Shown here piece by piece: positions 19,303-28,475 of a DNA stretch of 64,000 nt. The notes below the pieces were generated by a model, which worked only from the letters and a program-made list of their open reading frames with translations, ran no database searches and was not told the DNA's origin. The first letter of the stretch is position 1. Every line of letters starts with the position of its first letter. The DNA is from Vulcanimicrobiota bacterium (GTDB lineage: Bacteria > Vulcanimicrobiota > Vulcanimicrobiia > Vulcanimicrobiales > Vulcanimicrobiaceae). Where the stretch lies: assembly GCA_963833095.1 (NCBI GenBank), contig CAWHWQ010000001.1, forward strand, positions 384,001-448,000, given 5' to 3'. Made by a program: the position numbers and the translations under genes.

Positions 19303-19344
19303 GAAGAGGTCGCGGTCCGCCCGCGGCCTCTTCTTTTTTCTTTT
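19303..19344 (+). terminator. his attenuator terminator
   Basis: GAAGAGGTCGCGG-TCCGC-CCGCGGCCTCTTC then TTTTTTCTTTT. Confidence 0.88.
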
Positions 19345-19370
19345 GTGCCCGTACTCCGAAAGGATGCCCC

Positions 19371-19973
19371 GTGGAAAGCCAAACGATCGAAGCACCACCG
19401 ACGGTGGTGCTGATCCCGAAGAATCGCGGACTCGCCGCGATGGCCGAGTGCGCACTGCGCACCTGCGCCCCGCGCGGAGCGTTCGAACGGACTTTCGTGC
19501 GTGGCGAAGACGTGCCGTTGATTGCAAACGAAGTCGCGCGCAGCGGACGACCCGTGCTCGCGCTCACCGGCGAGGATCTGCTCGAAGAGTGGCTGGCTGC
19601 CGGACGCGCACTCGATCGGCGCATCGTTCGTAGGAGCGTCACCTGGAACGATCCGCGTGCGCGGTACGGAAAGCCCGCCCTCTGCCTCATCGGGCCGGCC
19701 GGCACGGAGCTTCCGCAACGCGGCGTCGTGCGCGTAGCGCTCTGCTCAAAATATGAAAATCTCGCGCGCCGTTACCTGCGCACGCTGGAAACACGGGACC
19801 TGCGCATCGAACCCGTCGCGATTGCCGGCACGGTGGAAGCGGCGATCCTCCATGACATCGCCGACTTTATGATCGATATCGTCGTGACGGGAACCACGAT
19901 CGACGAGCTGGGCCTAGACGTCCGCTCGGTGATCATGACTAGCGACCTTGCGCTGCTCGAGGCCCGGCAATGA
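19371..19973 (+). CDS. hisG: ATP phosphoribosyltransferase, short form
   Basis: VRGEDVP, TGEDLLEE, SKY, GTVE, IDIVVTGTT; no C-terminal regulatory domain. Confidence 0.85.
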   Translation: MESQTIEAPPTVVLIPKNRGLAAMAECALRTCAPRGAFERTFVRGEDVPLIANEVARSGRPVLALTGEDLLEEWLAAGRALDRRIVRRSVTWNDPRARYGKPALCLIGPAGTELPQRGVVRVALCSKYENLARRYLRTLETRDLRIEPVAIAGTVEAAILHDIADFMIDIVVTGTTIDELGLDVRSVIMTSDLALLEARQ

Positions 19974-21058
19974 GCGTGCAGATACGGCCGGCAGTCGCCG
20001 TGGTCCCCGACTACGATCCACGCGATCTCACCGACGACGGCATCATCATTCGCCTCCATCGCAACGAAGGCGCGCTTCCGCCCCCGGAGTTCGTGCTCGA
20101 GGCAATCCGCGCGGTTGATGCCGAGACGCTGCGCACCTATCCCACGTCCTTGCAGCGCGACGTCACGGCTCGGCTAGCCGCGCGCTTTTCGCGCGACGAC
20201 GATACCCTCGTCCTCGCCAACGGCGCAGATGAAATCCTCGCTGCCTGTGCGCGTATCATGCTCGACCCCGGCGACGTCGCGCTGACGCTCACGCCGACCT
20301 TTGGTATGTACGGACGCATCGTTGCTTTGGCGGGCGCGCAAGTGCGCCGCGTGCCCTATGCAAAGCGCTGGCGATTCGAGCCGCTCGAATTGATCCAGGC
20401 GGCGGACGAACGGACGCGACTGGTCATCCTCGGTCATCCGAACAACCCCACCACCGACCCGTTGCGCATCGGCGATCTTGCCGCGGTAGCCCGCGCGTTG
20501 CCCGATGCGCTCATCCTCGTCGACGAAGTCTACCTCGCGTTTTCGGTGCGCTCCCTTGCGCGCGAAGCAGCGATGTTCGCGAACGTCGTCGTCATCGGTT
20601 CGTTTTCGAAGTGCGCCTCGCTGGCCGGAGCGCGCTTAGGTTATGCGCTTGCGCCGCCGGCCATCGCAGCCGCGTTGCGCCGCTCACTTGGACCATATCC
20701 GGTAAGCGCGCTGAGCCTGCTCGTAGCGCAGGCTTACTTGCGTGACCCCTCACGAACGCGCAGCTTCGAAACGCAGCTCGAAGCGCAGGTGGCGCGCAGT
20801 CTCGATGCGTTTGAAAGTGCCTTTGCGCCATTTGCCATCGAGATCTGGCGCGGACCAGCAAACTTTTTGCTGGTCGACTGCGGGACGGCCGCTCCTGCGA
20901 TTCGCGACGCACTCGCGCTGCGCGGCATCGCCGTCCGGGTCTTCGATGATCCGATGCTTGCCGGCATGCTGCGCGTGAGCGCCACCAACGATGAAGCTAC
21001 CGACACCGTCGTGCGGGCGCTTCGCACCATCGCCTCCGAGGTGGCCAGCTATGCGTAG
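19970..21058 (+). CDS. hisC: histidinol-phosphate aminotransferase
   Basis: NGADE, PNNPT, DEVY, SFSKCASLAGARLGY. Confidence 0.92.
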   Translation: MSVQIRPAVAVVPDYDPRDLTDDGIIIRLHRNEGALPPPEFVLEAIRAVDAETLRTYPTSLQRDVTARLAARFSRDDDTLVLANGADEILAACARIMLDPGDVALTLTPTFGMYGRIVALAGAQVRRVPYAKRWRFEPLELIQAADERTRLVILGHPNNPTTDPLRIGDLAAVARALPDALILVDEVYLAFSVRSLAREAAMFANVVVIGSFSKCASLAGARLGYALAPPAIAAALRRSLGPYPVSALSLLVAQAYLRDPSRTRSFETQLEAQVARSLDAFESAFAPFAIEIWRGPANFLLVDCGTAAPAIRDALALRGIAVRVFDDPMLAGMLRVSATNDEATDTVVRALRTIASEVASYA

Positions 21059-21635
21059 CGCGTCGCGCCTTCGTCAAACCACCGAGACCAGCGTTCGTGT
21101 CGCGCTGACGTTGGACGGCGAGCCCAAGGTCCGCATCGAGACCGGCCTGCTGATGCTCGACCACCTGCTCGCGCAATTCGCATTTCACGCGCGCGCCGGC
21201 CTCGAGATCGAAGCGCGCTCGCTCGACGCAATTCGCCACCACTTGATCGAAGATGTCGCAATCGTCCTTGGCGCTGCACTGGACGAAGCGCTCGGTGACC
21301 GTTCGCAGATCGCTCGCTATGGCGAGGTCACGCTGCCGATGGACGATGCGCTGGTACGCGTCGCGGTCGATTTAGGCGGACGCATCTATGCGCGCACCGC
21401 GCTCGATCTACGCGTCGAGCGCATCGAAGATCTCGAAACGGTCATGATCGCCCACGTTATCGGCAGTCTTGCCGCTAACGCTCGCGCGACGATTCACGTC
21501 GATCGGCTCGCCGGCGAGGATCCGCACCACCTTGTTGAAGCCGCGTTCAAAGCGCTCGGTCGCGCGTGCGCGCGAGGGTGGACGCTGGACCCACGGTTCG
21601 ACGGGGTGGCGTCGACCAAAGGCGTGCTTACGTGA
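21051..21635 (+). CDS. hisB: imidazoleglycerol-phosphate dehydratase
   Basis: RQTTET, HHLIED, PMDD, HHLVEAAFKA. Confidence 0.93.
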   Translation: MRSASRLRQTTETSVRVALTLDGEPKVRIETGLLMLDHLLAQFAFHARAGLEIEARSLDAIRHHLIEDVAIVLGAALDEALGDRSQIARYGEVTLPMDDALVRVAVDLGGRIYARTALDLRVERIEDLETVMIAHVIGSLAANARATIHVDRLAGEDPHHLVEAAFKALGRACARGWTLDPRFDGVASTKGVLT

Positions 21636-22240
21636 GTATAACGGTGGGTATCGTGACCCTCGGCGCGGCGAACCGGCGGAGCATCGAAGCCGCCCTCACG
21701 CGCGCCGGCGCGACGACGCGTTTCATCGACGAGCCGTTCGCGGTCGGTTCCTGCGATGCGCTGGTGCTTCCCGGGGTTGCGAACTTCGGGTACGTCGCGC
21801 AGGAGCTCGATCGCACCGGGATGCGCCCGGCGTTGATCGAGGCGATTACCTTCGGCATTCCGCTACTGGGCATTTGCGTCGGCTTTCAACTGCTCTTTGA
21901 ACGCAGTGACGAAGCGCCCGCGGCACGCGGACTCGGCGTCTTTGCCGGAGCCGTGCGACGCTTGCGCACACCCTGCGTCCCGCACATGGGCTGGAATCGC
22001 GTCGATCCGCAAAGCGCAGCGATCGAGCAAGGTTGGGCGTATTTTGCCAACGCCTATGCGCCCGATGCCTGCGTGCGTGATGCAATTGCGACGACGCACG
22101 ACGGCGAGGACACCTTTACCAGCGCTGCCGCGCGTGGCAACGTCTTGGGCTTCCAATTCCACCCCGAACGGAGTAGCGCGTACGGCGCCCAGCTCCTGGC
22201 GTCGTTCGTGCAAAGCGCAGAGGTCGCATATGCCCGCTAA
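21632..22240 (+). CDS. hisH: IGP synthase glutamine amidotransferase subunit
   Basis: LPGV, GICVGFQ, PHMGWN, QFHPE. Confidence 0.92.
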   Translation: MSITVGIVTLGAANRRSIEAALTRAGATTRFIDEPFAVGSCDALVLPGVANFGYVAQELDRTGMRPALIEAITFGIPLLGICVGFQLLFERSDEAPAARGLGVFAGAVRRLRTPCVPHMGWNRVDPQSAAIEQGWAYFANAYAPDACVRDAIATTHDGEDTFTSAAARGNVLGFQFHPERSSAYGAQLLASFVQSAEVAYAR

Positions 22241-22982
22241 ACGGATCATTGCCTGCCTGGATATTCGCGATGGCCGCATCGTCAAAGGGCGGCAGTTCGC
22301 CGGCTTGCGCGACGCGGGCGATCCGGTGGAGCGTGCGCTGCGCTATCGCGACGACGGCATCGATGAGATCGTCGTGCTCGACGTTTCGGCGACCCTCGAA
22401 TCGCGTTTAGCAAACGTGCGCACGATCGAGGCGATCGCTGCTGCGCTCGACGTGCCGCTTACGGTGGGCGGTGGGGTGCGCGGTCTTGACGACGTTGCGC
22501 GTTTGCTCAACGCCGGCGCCGACAAGGTCGCCATCAACAGCGCGGCACTCGAACGGCCCGAACTGCTCAGCGAAGCGGCGGCACGATTCGGCTCGCAGTG
22601 CGTCGTGATTTCGGTGGATGCGTATCGAAACGGGAACGGATACGCGGTCGCAAGCCATAGCGCGAGCCGGCCGCAGCCGCGCAATGCCGACGCGTGGGCG
22701 CGTGAGGCGCAAGATCTCGGCGCGGGAGAGGTCTTGCTTACCTCGATCGATCGCGACGGCGGACGCGAAGGCTTTGATCTGGAGCTCATTGCGCAAGTGC
22801 GAGGCGTTGTCAGCGTTCCTGTTGTCGCATCCGGGGGCGCCTCGACGCCGGAGAGTTTCGCACAAGCCCTGCTCGCCGGGGCCGACGCAGCGCTGGGCGC
22901 ATCGATCTTTCACAACGGCGAAGCGAGCGCGAGCGACGTGAAAGACGCCTGCCGTGCCGGCGGTGTGGTGGTCCGTCCGTGA
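22230..22982 (+). CDS. hisF: IGP synthase cyclase subunit
   Basis: KRIIACLD, VGGGVR, TSIDRDG, ASGG. Confidence 0.94.
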   Translation: MPAKRIIACLDIRDGRIVKGRQFAGLRDAGDPVERALRYRDDGIDEIVVLDVSATLESRLANVRTIEAIAAALDVPLTVGGGVRGLDDVARLLNAGADKVAINSAALERPELLSEAAARFGSQCVVISVDAYRNGNGYAVASHSASRPQPRNADAWAREAQDLGAGEVLLTSIDRDGGREGFDLELIAQVRGVVSVPVVASGGASTPESFAQALLAGADAALGASIFHNGEASASDVKDACRAGGVVVRP

Positions 22983-24205
22983 TCGTTGCCAGCATCGACT
23001 TGCGCGGCGGCAAAGCCGTGCAACTTCGGCAGGGACGCGAACTCGTGCTCGAACGTGACGACGTTATCGATTTGGCGATTCGCTTTGGGCGACTTGGTGA
23101 AATCGCCGTCATCGACCTCGATGGCGCGTTTGGCGAAGGCGAAAACACCGAGTTGATTCTGCGCCTGTGCCGCCTTGCGCGTTGTCGCGTCGGGGGCGGG
23201 ATTCGCGACGTTGATCGGGCAAAACGCCTCTTACGCGGGGGCGCCGTCTCGGTCATCATCGGCACGGCTGCTCGCGAGGAGTTCCTCGCGCAACTCCCGC
23301 GCGATCGCGTGCTGGTTGCGCTCGATACGCGCGACGGACACGTCGCAGTCGACGGATGGCGTAGCTCGACGGGTGAGACCCCGACCCAACGCGCCGCGCG
23401 TCTGCAGCCGTACTGCGCGGGCTTTCTTTACACCGACATCGAGCGCGAAGGAATGCTGGCCGGCATCGACCTTTCCGCCGCAGCCGCGCTGCGTGAAAGC
23501 GTGAGCGGATCGCTCACCCTCGCCGGCGGCGTTACCACCATCGAGGAGATCGTCGCGCTCGATCGCTTAGGCATCGACGCCCAAGTCGGCATGGCATTGT
23601 ACACCGGGTCGATCGATCCGATCGATGCGTTCGTTGCGACGGTCGATTTCTCGCGCGGAGACGGTCTGATCCCCACGGTCGTGTGCGATGCGGGCGATCG
23701 CAGCGTACGAATGCTGGCCTACTCGAATGCCGAATCGCTTGGGATCGCGCTTCGCGAAGGGATCGGCGCGTATTGGAGCCGGCGCCGCGACGAGATTTGG
23801 CGCAAAGGCGAAACCTCCGGCGCGACGCAGCGCCTGATGCGCGTCGAGCCCGACTGCGATCGCGATGCGCTCACGTTTTACGTCGATCAATCCGGCGCAA
23901 CGTGTCATACCGGTGCGCCGCGCTGTTTTGGAACGCCGGCGTTTTCGTGGAACACGCTGCTCGGACGGATCGAACAACGAGCAAGCAACGGCAACGAGCG
24001 GTCCTACACGCGAAAACTCCTGGCTGACCCAGCGCTTTTGCGTGAGAAGCTGCTCGAAGAATCGGCCGAGGTCGCCGAAGCCGTGACGCACGACGAGGTC
24101 GCTTGGGAATGCGCCGACCTCCTCTACTTCTTGTCGGTCCGCATGAAACAGGCCGGCGTTGGGATCGACGACGTCATGGCCCAACTTGCGTCACGGGCGC
24201 TATGA
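22979..24205 (+). CDS. HisA-HisI-HisE fusion protein
   Basis: N-terminal TIM barrel (SIDLRGGKAVQL, VGGGIR), HisI (WRKGETSG, DCDRD, CHTG), HisE (SYT, KLLEE, ADLLY). Confidence 0.88.
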   Translation: MIVASIDLRGGKAVQLRQGRELVLERDDVIDLAIRFGRLGEIAVIDLDGAFGEGENTELILRLCRLARCRVGGGIRDVDRAKRLLRGGAVSVIIGTAAREEFLAQLPRDRVLVALDTRDGHVAVDGWRSSTGETPTQRAARLQPYCAGFLYTDIEREGMLAGIDLSAAAALRESVSGSLTLAGGVTTIEEIVALDRLGIDAQVGMALYTGSIDPIDAFVATVDFSRGDGLIPTVVCDAGDRSVRMLAYSNAESLGIALREGIGAYWSRRRDEIWRKGETSGATQRLMRVEPDCDRDALTFYVDQSGATCHTGAPRCFGTPAFSWNTLLGRIEQRASNGNERSYTRKLLADPALLREKLLEESAEVAEAVTHDEVAWECADLLYFLSVRMKQAGVGIDDVMAQLASRAL

Positions 24206-25428
24206 TCGAACGCTCCGTTGAGGACGTCCTCGCTCGCCCACCTGCGACGCAATCGCTCGACGTGCAGCCGATCATCGCCGCGGTGCGCGAGCGCGGCGAC
24301 GCGGCGCTGGCGGAGTACGCCCGCGCGTTTGGCGATCCGCCGCCGCGCCGCGTCGATCGCGACGAGATCGAAGCCGCGTACGCAACGTGCGATGGCGCGC
24401 TGCGCGACGCGATGAGCGCAGCGGCATCGCGCATCGAACGGTTCGCCAGCGCGCAGCGCGATGCGCTCGCCGATGTTACGATTCGCGAAAACGGACTAGA
24501 ACTCGGACACCGCGCCGTGCCGCTCGAGCGCGTCGGTATCTACGTACCCGCCGGACGCCATCCGCTGCCCTCGTCATTGCTCATGGGTGCGATCCCAGCG
24601 CAGGTTGCCGGCGTGCGCGAACGGGTTGTCTGCACGCCGCGCGCGGGTCGTGAAGTTTTGGCTGCGGCGCACGTGGCCGGCATTGATGAGGTCTTTGAAG
24701 TCGGCGGCGCGCAGGCGATCGCCGCGCTCGCCTACGGCACGCAGCGTATCGCGCGCGTCGATCTCATCGTAGGCCCGGGAAATGCCTACGTCACCGCTGC
24801 AAAGCGCGCGGTGTTCGGGACGTGCGGCATCGACGCGCTCGCCGGCCCATCCGAGATTGCCATCGTCGCCTCCGGCGATGCGAACGCGGATTTGGTTGCC
24901 GCCGACATGCTCGCGCAAGCCGAGCACGATCCGGATGCGCGCGCCCTGTTGATTACGGACGACCGTACCTTCGCGCAAGCAGTCGGCCAGCGAATCGACG
25001 AGCGCCTGACACAACTCGAGACCGCTGCGACGGCGCGTCTGTCACTCGAACGATCCGGAGGGTTCGTGCTACTCGCGCTCGAGGATGCCCCTGGCTTCTG
25101 CAATCGGCTCGCTCCCGAGCATCTCTCGCTACAAGGGACTCGCGCCGAAGCGCTCGCACCGCGCTGCTCCACGTACGGTACGCTGTTCGTCGGCGAGGCC
25201 GCAGCCGAAGTCTTTGGCGACTACGGTAGCGGCCCGAATCACGTCTTGCCGACCGGCGGAACGGCGCGCTTTTCGTCGGGGCTTTCGGTGATGAACTTTC
25301 TTACGCTGCGCACTTTCGAGCGCTCGCTCGGGAATGCAGATCGCCGCATCGCGAACGATGCGGCGATTCTTGCACAAGCGGAGGGCCTTGCGGCTCACCG
25401 CGATGCTGCGTTAGCGCGGACGTCCTGA
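24202..25428 (+). CDS. hisD: histidinol dehydrogenase
   Basis: GGAQAIAALAYG, GPGNAYV, AGPSE, QAEHD, GPNHVLPT. Confidence 0.95.
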   Translation: MIERSVEDVLARPPATQSLDVQPIIAAVRERGDAALAEYARAFGDPPPRRVDRDEIEAAYATCDGALRDAMSAAASRIERFASAQRDALADVTIRENGLELGHRAVPLERVGIYVPAGRHPLPSSLLMGAIPAQVAGVRERVVCTPRAGREVLAAAHVAGIDEVFEVGGAQAIAALAYGTQRIARVDLIVGPGNAYVTAAKRAVFGTCGIDALAGPSEIAIVASGDANADLVAADMLAQAEHDPDARALLITDDRTFAQAVGQRIDERLTQLETAATARLSLERSGGFVLLALEDAPGFCNRLAPEHLSLQGTRAEALAPRCSTYGTLFVGEAAAEVFGDYGSGPNHVLPTGGTARFSSGLSVMNFLTLRTFERSLGNADRRIANDAAILAQAEGLAAHRDAALARTS

Positions 25429-26637
25429 CGGACGCGGCGCCGGGTGCGCCGGGGCTGCGTGCGCCGGTGCCGGATGCGCGGCCGGCTGCGGACGCGCAGC
25501 GGGAGCCGCGTGCGGTTGCGGGTTATACGCGTGCTGGACCGGAGCGGCATGGTACTGCGGCGCAGCGTGTTGCTGGACCGGAGCAGCGTGGTGTTGAACC
25601 GGAGCGGCATGCTGCACCGGAGCGGCATGCTGCACCGGAGCGGCATGCTGCACCGGAGCTGCGTGGTGTTCGACCGGCGCAGCATGTTGCACCGGAGCTG
25701 CGTGATGTTCTACCGGCGCGGCATGTGCCGCGGCAGCGTGTTGAACCGGCGCCGCGTGATGTTCTACCGGCGCGGCATGCGCCGCAGCAGCGTGTTGCGC
25801 CGGAGCCGCGTGATGTTCTACCGGCGCGGCATGTGCCGCAGCGGCGTGTTGCGCTGGAGCAGCGTGTTGCATCGGAGCGGCGTGTTGCTGAGCCGTTGCT
25901 GCATGGTACGCAGGCGGCACATGCTGCGCGCTATACGGGCGCTGTGCGGCGGCAATACTTGCCGCGGGCCGTCCGTGATTGGTCGAAGAACGGAACGCCG
26001 GATCGTTTCGCGCGTAGGTCGCGTGTTGCGTCTGCTGCGCGGTCATCCCGGAACGCCGTTCCGCATAGGCCCGATTCTGCGCGGCACTTGGCCGAGCATC
26101 GATCCCGTGCGGTCCGCCGTTGTACGCGACGCGATTGTTCCAACTGCGACGGGCGGACGGATCGGAATAGACGTAGCCACCGACCACGTTGCTGTTGACG
26201 TTGGTCACGGAGCGATTGTATTCGAAGTCGCGCCCGTGCCAGCGACCGCCGCTGTAACCGTTGCCGTAGTAGCCGTAGCCATAGTTAATGCCACCATAGA
26301 AGCCGACCGACGGACCCCAATATCCAGGATCCCATGCGTACATGCCATCATTGAAGGCCCAGTATCCGGGCGTCCAATACAGGCCGACCGATGGGGCCTC
26401 AACCCAAGTTCCCGGGACCCAGTAGTAGCCGTCAACCGGATCCCACGCCCAATAGCCAGGCTGCCAAATCCAGTTTGGTCCCGGCGCCACCGGCTGGTAG
26501 TAGTCTGGAATTGCCGGTGGCCCGAAGGCGACGGAAATGCCCACAGATACCTGGGCGCTCGCCGGTGCGGGAGCAATCCCGACGAACAACATGCAGGCGA
26601 CCGCCAGCGTGCCGAGGGTTAAGACGAAGCGATTCAT
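25411..26637 (-). CDS. secreted YXWGXW-repeat protein with His/Ala/Pro-rich tail
   Basis: Signal peptide, WxPGYW repeats, (Q/E)H(H)AAP(V/A) repeats. Confidence 0.88.
   Translation of the reverse strand: MNRFVLTLGTLAVACMLFVGIAPAPASAQVSVGISVAFGPPAIPDYYQPVAPGPNWIWQPGYWAWDPVDGYYWVPGTWVEAPSVGLYWTPGYWAFNDGMYAWDPGYWGPSVGFYGGINYGYGYYGNGYSGGRWHGRDFEYNRSVTNVNSNVVGGYVYSDPSARRSWNNRVAYNGGPHGIDARPSAAQNRAYAERRSGMTAQQTQHATYARNDPAFRSSTNHGRPAASIAAAQRPYSAQHVPPAYHAATAQQHAAPMQHAAPAQHAAAAHAAPVEHHAAPAQHAAAAHAAPVEHHAAPVQHAAAAHAAPVEHHAAPVQHAAPVEHHAAPVQHAAPVQHAAPVQHAAPVQHHAAPVQQHAAPQYHAAPVQHAYNPQPHAAPAARPQPAAHPAPAHAAPAHPAPRPSGRPR
25545..25895 (-). repeat. coding tandem repeats (18/21-nt units, QHAAPV/EHHAAPV)
   Basis: Repeated GCATGCTGCACCGGAGCG and variants on the + strand. 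Confidence 0.85.
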
Positions 26638-26721
26638 GAGTTTGTGTCCTCTCGATGGAGCCCTAGCTCTATACCCGTTAACGGTCTCCATACCCAAGGT
26701 GGTCCCAAACTCACCGGACTC

Positions 26722-27285
26722 TCATGCGCGTCCTTCGTAGAAGCACCGCGCGCACATCGGACGATATTCTACATCTCCCTCGATCGCAACCTGATCGCCG
26801 GCAAACAAGCGCTCTCCGTTAACGAAGCGTGGATTCATCGTCGCCTTGCGTCCGCAGGAGCACACGTTCTTCAACTCTTCGACGCTGTCGGCGAGCGTAA
26901 GCAAGTAGGCCGATCCCGGAAACGGTTCTCCAAGGAAGTCGCTGCGAATTCCGTAGCAAATGACGGGTATGCCCAGCAGATGCGCGCCGCGATGCAGCTG
27001 GCGCACCTGCACGGGCGTGAGAAACTGCGCTTCGTCGATAAGCACGCAGGCGATTTCTTGCATCTCCGACATGGCGGCGAAGAAATCAAACGCCGCATCG
27101 AATGTCAACGCCGGGCGCTTGGGTCCAATACGCGACGTAATGACTCCCTCTCCAAATCGATGGTCGATTGCCGAGGTGAAGAGCGCTACCTTTTGGTTAT
27201 GCTCTTCGTAGTTATGGGCAACTTGAATGAGCGCAGTCGATTTGCCCGCATTCATTGCAGAGTAACGGAAATAAAGCTTTGCCAT
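26722..27285 (-). CDS. tdk: thymidine kinase
   Basis: YSAMNAGKST, DEAQF, CSCG...CARC. Confidence 0.95.
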   Translation of the reverse strand: MAKLYFRYSAMNAGKSTALIQVAHNYEEHNQKVALFTSAIDHRFGEGVITSRIGPKRPALTFDAAFDFFAAMSEMQEIACVLIDEAQFLTPVQVRQLHRGAHLLGIPVICYGIRSDFLGEPFPGSAYLLTLADSVEELKNVCSCGRKATMNPRFVNGERLFAGDQVAIEGDVEYRPMCARCFYEGRA

Positions 27286-27299
27286 AGATACCGGCTACG

Positions 27300-28475
27300 T
27301 TAGGAACGCAGGGCCGCAAACGCCTCGAGCGCGCGATCCATTTCGTCAGTGGTCAGCGCCGCCGAGAGCTGCGTGCGTATGCGTGCGGTTCCCTCGGGCA
27401 CGACCGGGAAACCGAAGCCGGTCACGAACACTCCTCGTTTGAGCAATGTATCGCTCATCGCAATCGCGACCGCCGTCTCGCCCACGATGATCGGGACGAT
27501 CGCGCTAGGACCGTCCAGCGGTTTGAATCCAAGCCGCAGCAGGCCCGCGCGGAAGTACGCGACGTTGTCACGCAGACGATCGACGAGCTCGGGATGGGCG
27601 TCAAGATACTCGATTGCCGCCAGCGAACTGCATGCAACCGTCGCCGGTAACGCGTTGGAAAACAACTGCGGGCGCGAACGCTGGGTCAACATGTCCACGA
27701 GCGCGTTGCTGCCGGCGACGAAACCTCCCGCCGCACCGCCGAGCGCCTTACCGAGAGTCCCGGTAATGATGTCGACGTCGCCGGTCAGGCCAAAGTGCTC
27801 GATCGTCCCGCGGCCGGTTTTGCCCATAACGCCGGTGCCGTGCGAATCGTCGACGACGCTCACCGCGCCATATTTCTTGCAGAGCGCAACGATCTGCGGA
27901 AGCTTTGCAAGCGATCCTTCCATCGAAAACACGCCGTCGGTGACGACGAGCATCGGTGCGCATCCTTGCGCAGCCTTGAGCTTCGCTTCGAGATCGGCCA
28001 TGTCGCCATGTTTGTACACGGCGCGTTTCGCTTTGCTCGCCAGGCGCACGCCGTCGATGATCGAAGCGTGGTTGAGCTCGTCGGAAATGATCGCGGATCC
28101 TTCTCCGCACACCGTTGCGAAGAGGCCTGTATTCGCGTTCCAGCACGACACGAACGTCAGCGAAGCTTGCGTGCCCAGGAAGGACGCGATTCGGTCTTCG
28201 AGCGTGCGGTGAATATCGAACGTCCCGCAGATAAAGCGCACTGACGCCGTGCCCGCACCATATTTCCTCAGGCCCTCGATCCCCGCCTCGACGACCTCGG
28301 CTTGATCGGAGAGCCCGAGATAATTGTTGCTCGAGAGCACGATCACGTCGCCCGCTTCTTCCATGTGCACTTCGGGCGCCATCGGCGTGGTCAAATGCCG
28401 CAAGTGTTTGTAGGTGCCCGCGGCCTTGAGCGCGTCGAGCTCACTTTGCAGTTGCGCATCAAACGCAGCGTTCAC
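27300..28475 (-). CDS. kbl: glycine C-acetyltransferase
   Basis: SNNYLGL, SVRFICGT, DGVFSM, TLGKALGG; follows tdh. Confidence 0.94.
   Translation of the reverse strand: MNAAFDAQLQSELDALKAAGTYKHLRHLTTPMAPEVHMEEAGDVIVLSSNNYLGLSDQAEVVEAGIEGLRKYGAGTASVRFICGTFDIHRTLEDRIASFLGTQASLTFVSCWNANTGLFATVCGEGSAIISDELNHASIIDGVRLASKAKRAVYKHGDMADLEAKLKAAQGCAPMLVVTDGVFSMEGSLAKLPQIVALCKKYGAVSVVDDSHGTGVMGKTGRGTIEHFGLTGDVDIITGTLGKALGGAAGGFVAGSNALVDMLTQRSRPQLFSNALPATVACSSLAAIEYLDAHPELVDRLRDNVAYFRAGLLRLGFKPLDGPSAIVPIIVGETAVAIAMSDTLLKRGVFVTGFGFPVVPEGTARIRTQLSAALTTDEMDRALEAFAALRS

Noticed and set aside
25545..25895. Possible CRISPR array
   Set aside because: In-frame coding repeats with no unique spacers and no cas genes
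25444..26622. Long antisense ORFs (also 48211-49542, 57728-59143 and others)
   Set aside because: Shadow ORFs of real high-GC genes on the opposite strand, with no recognisable motifs
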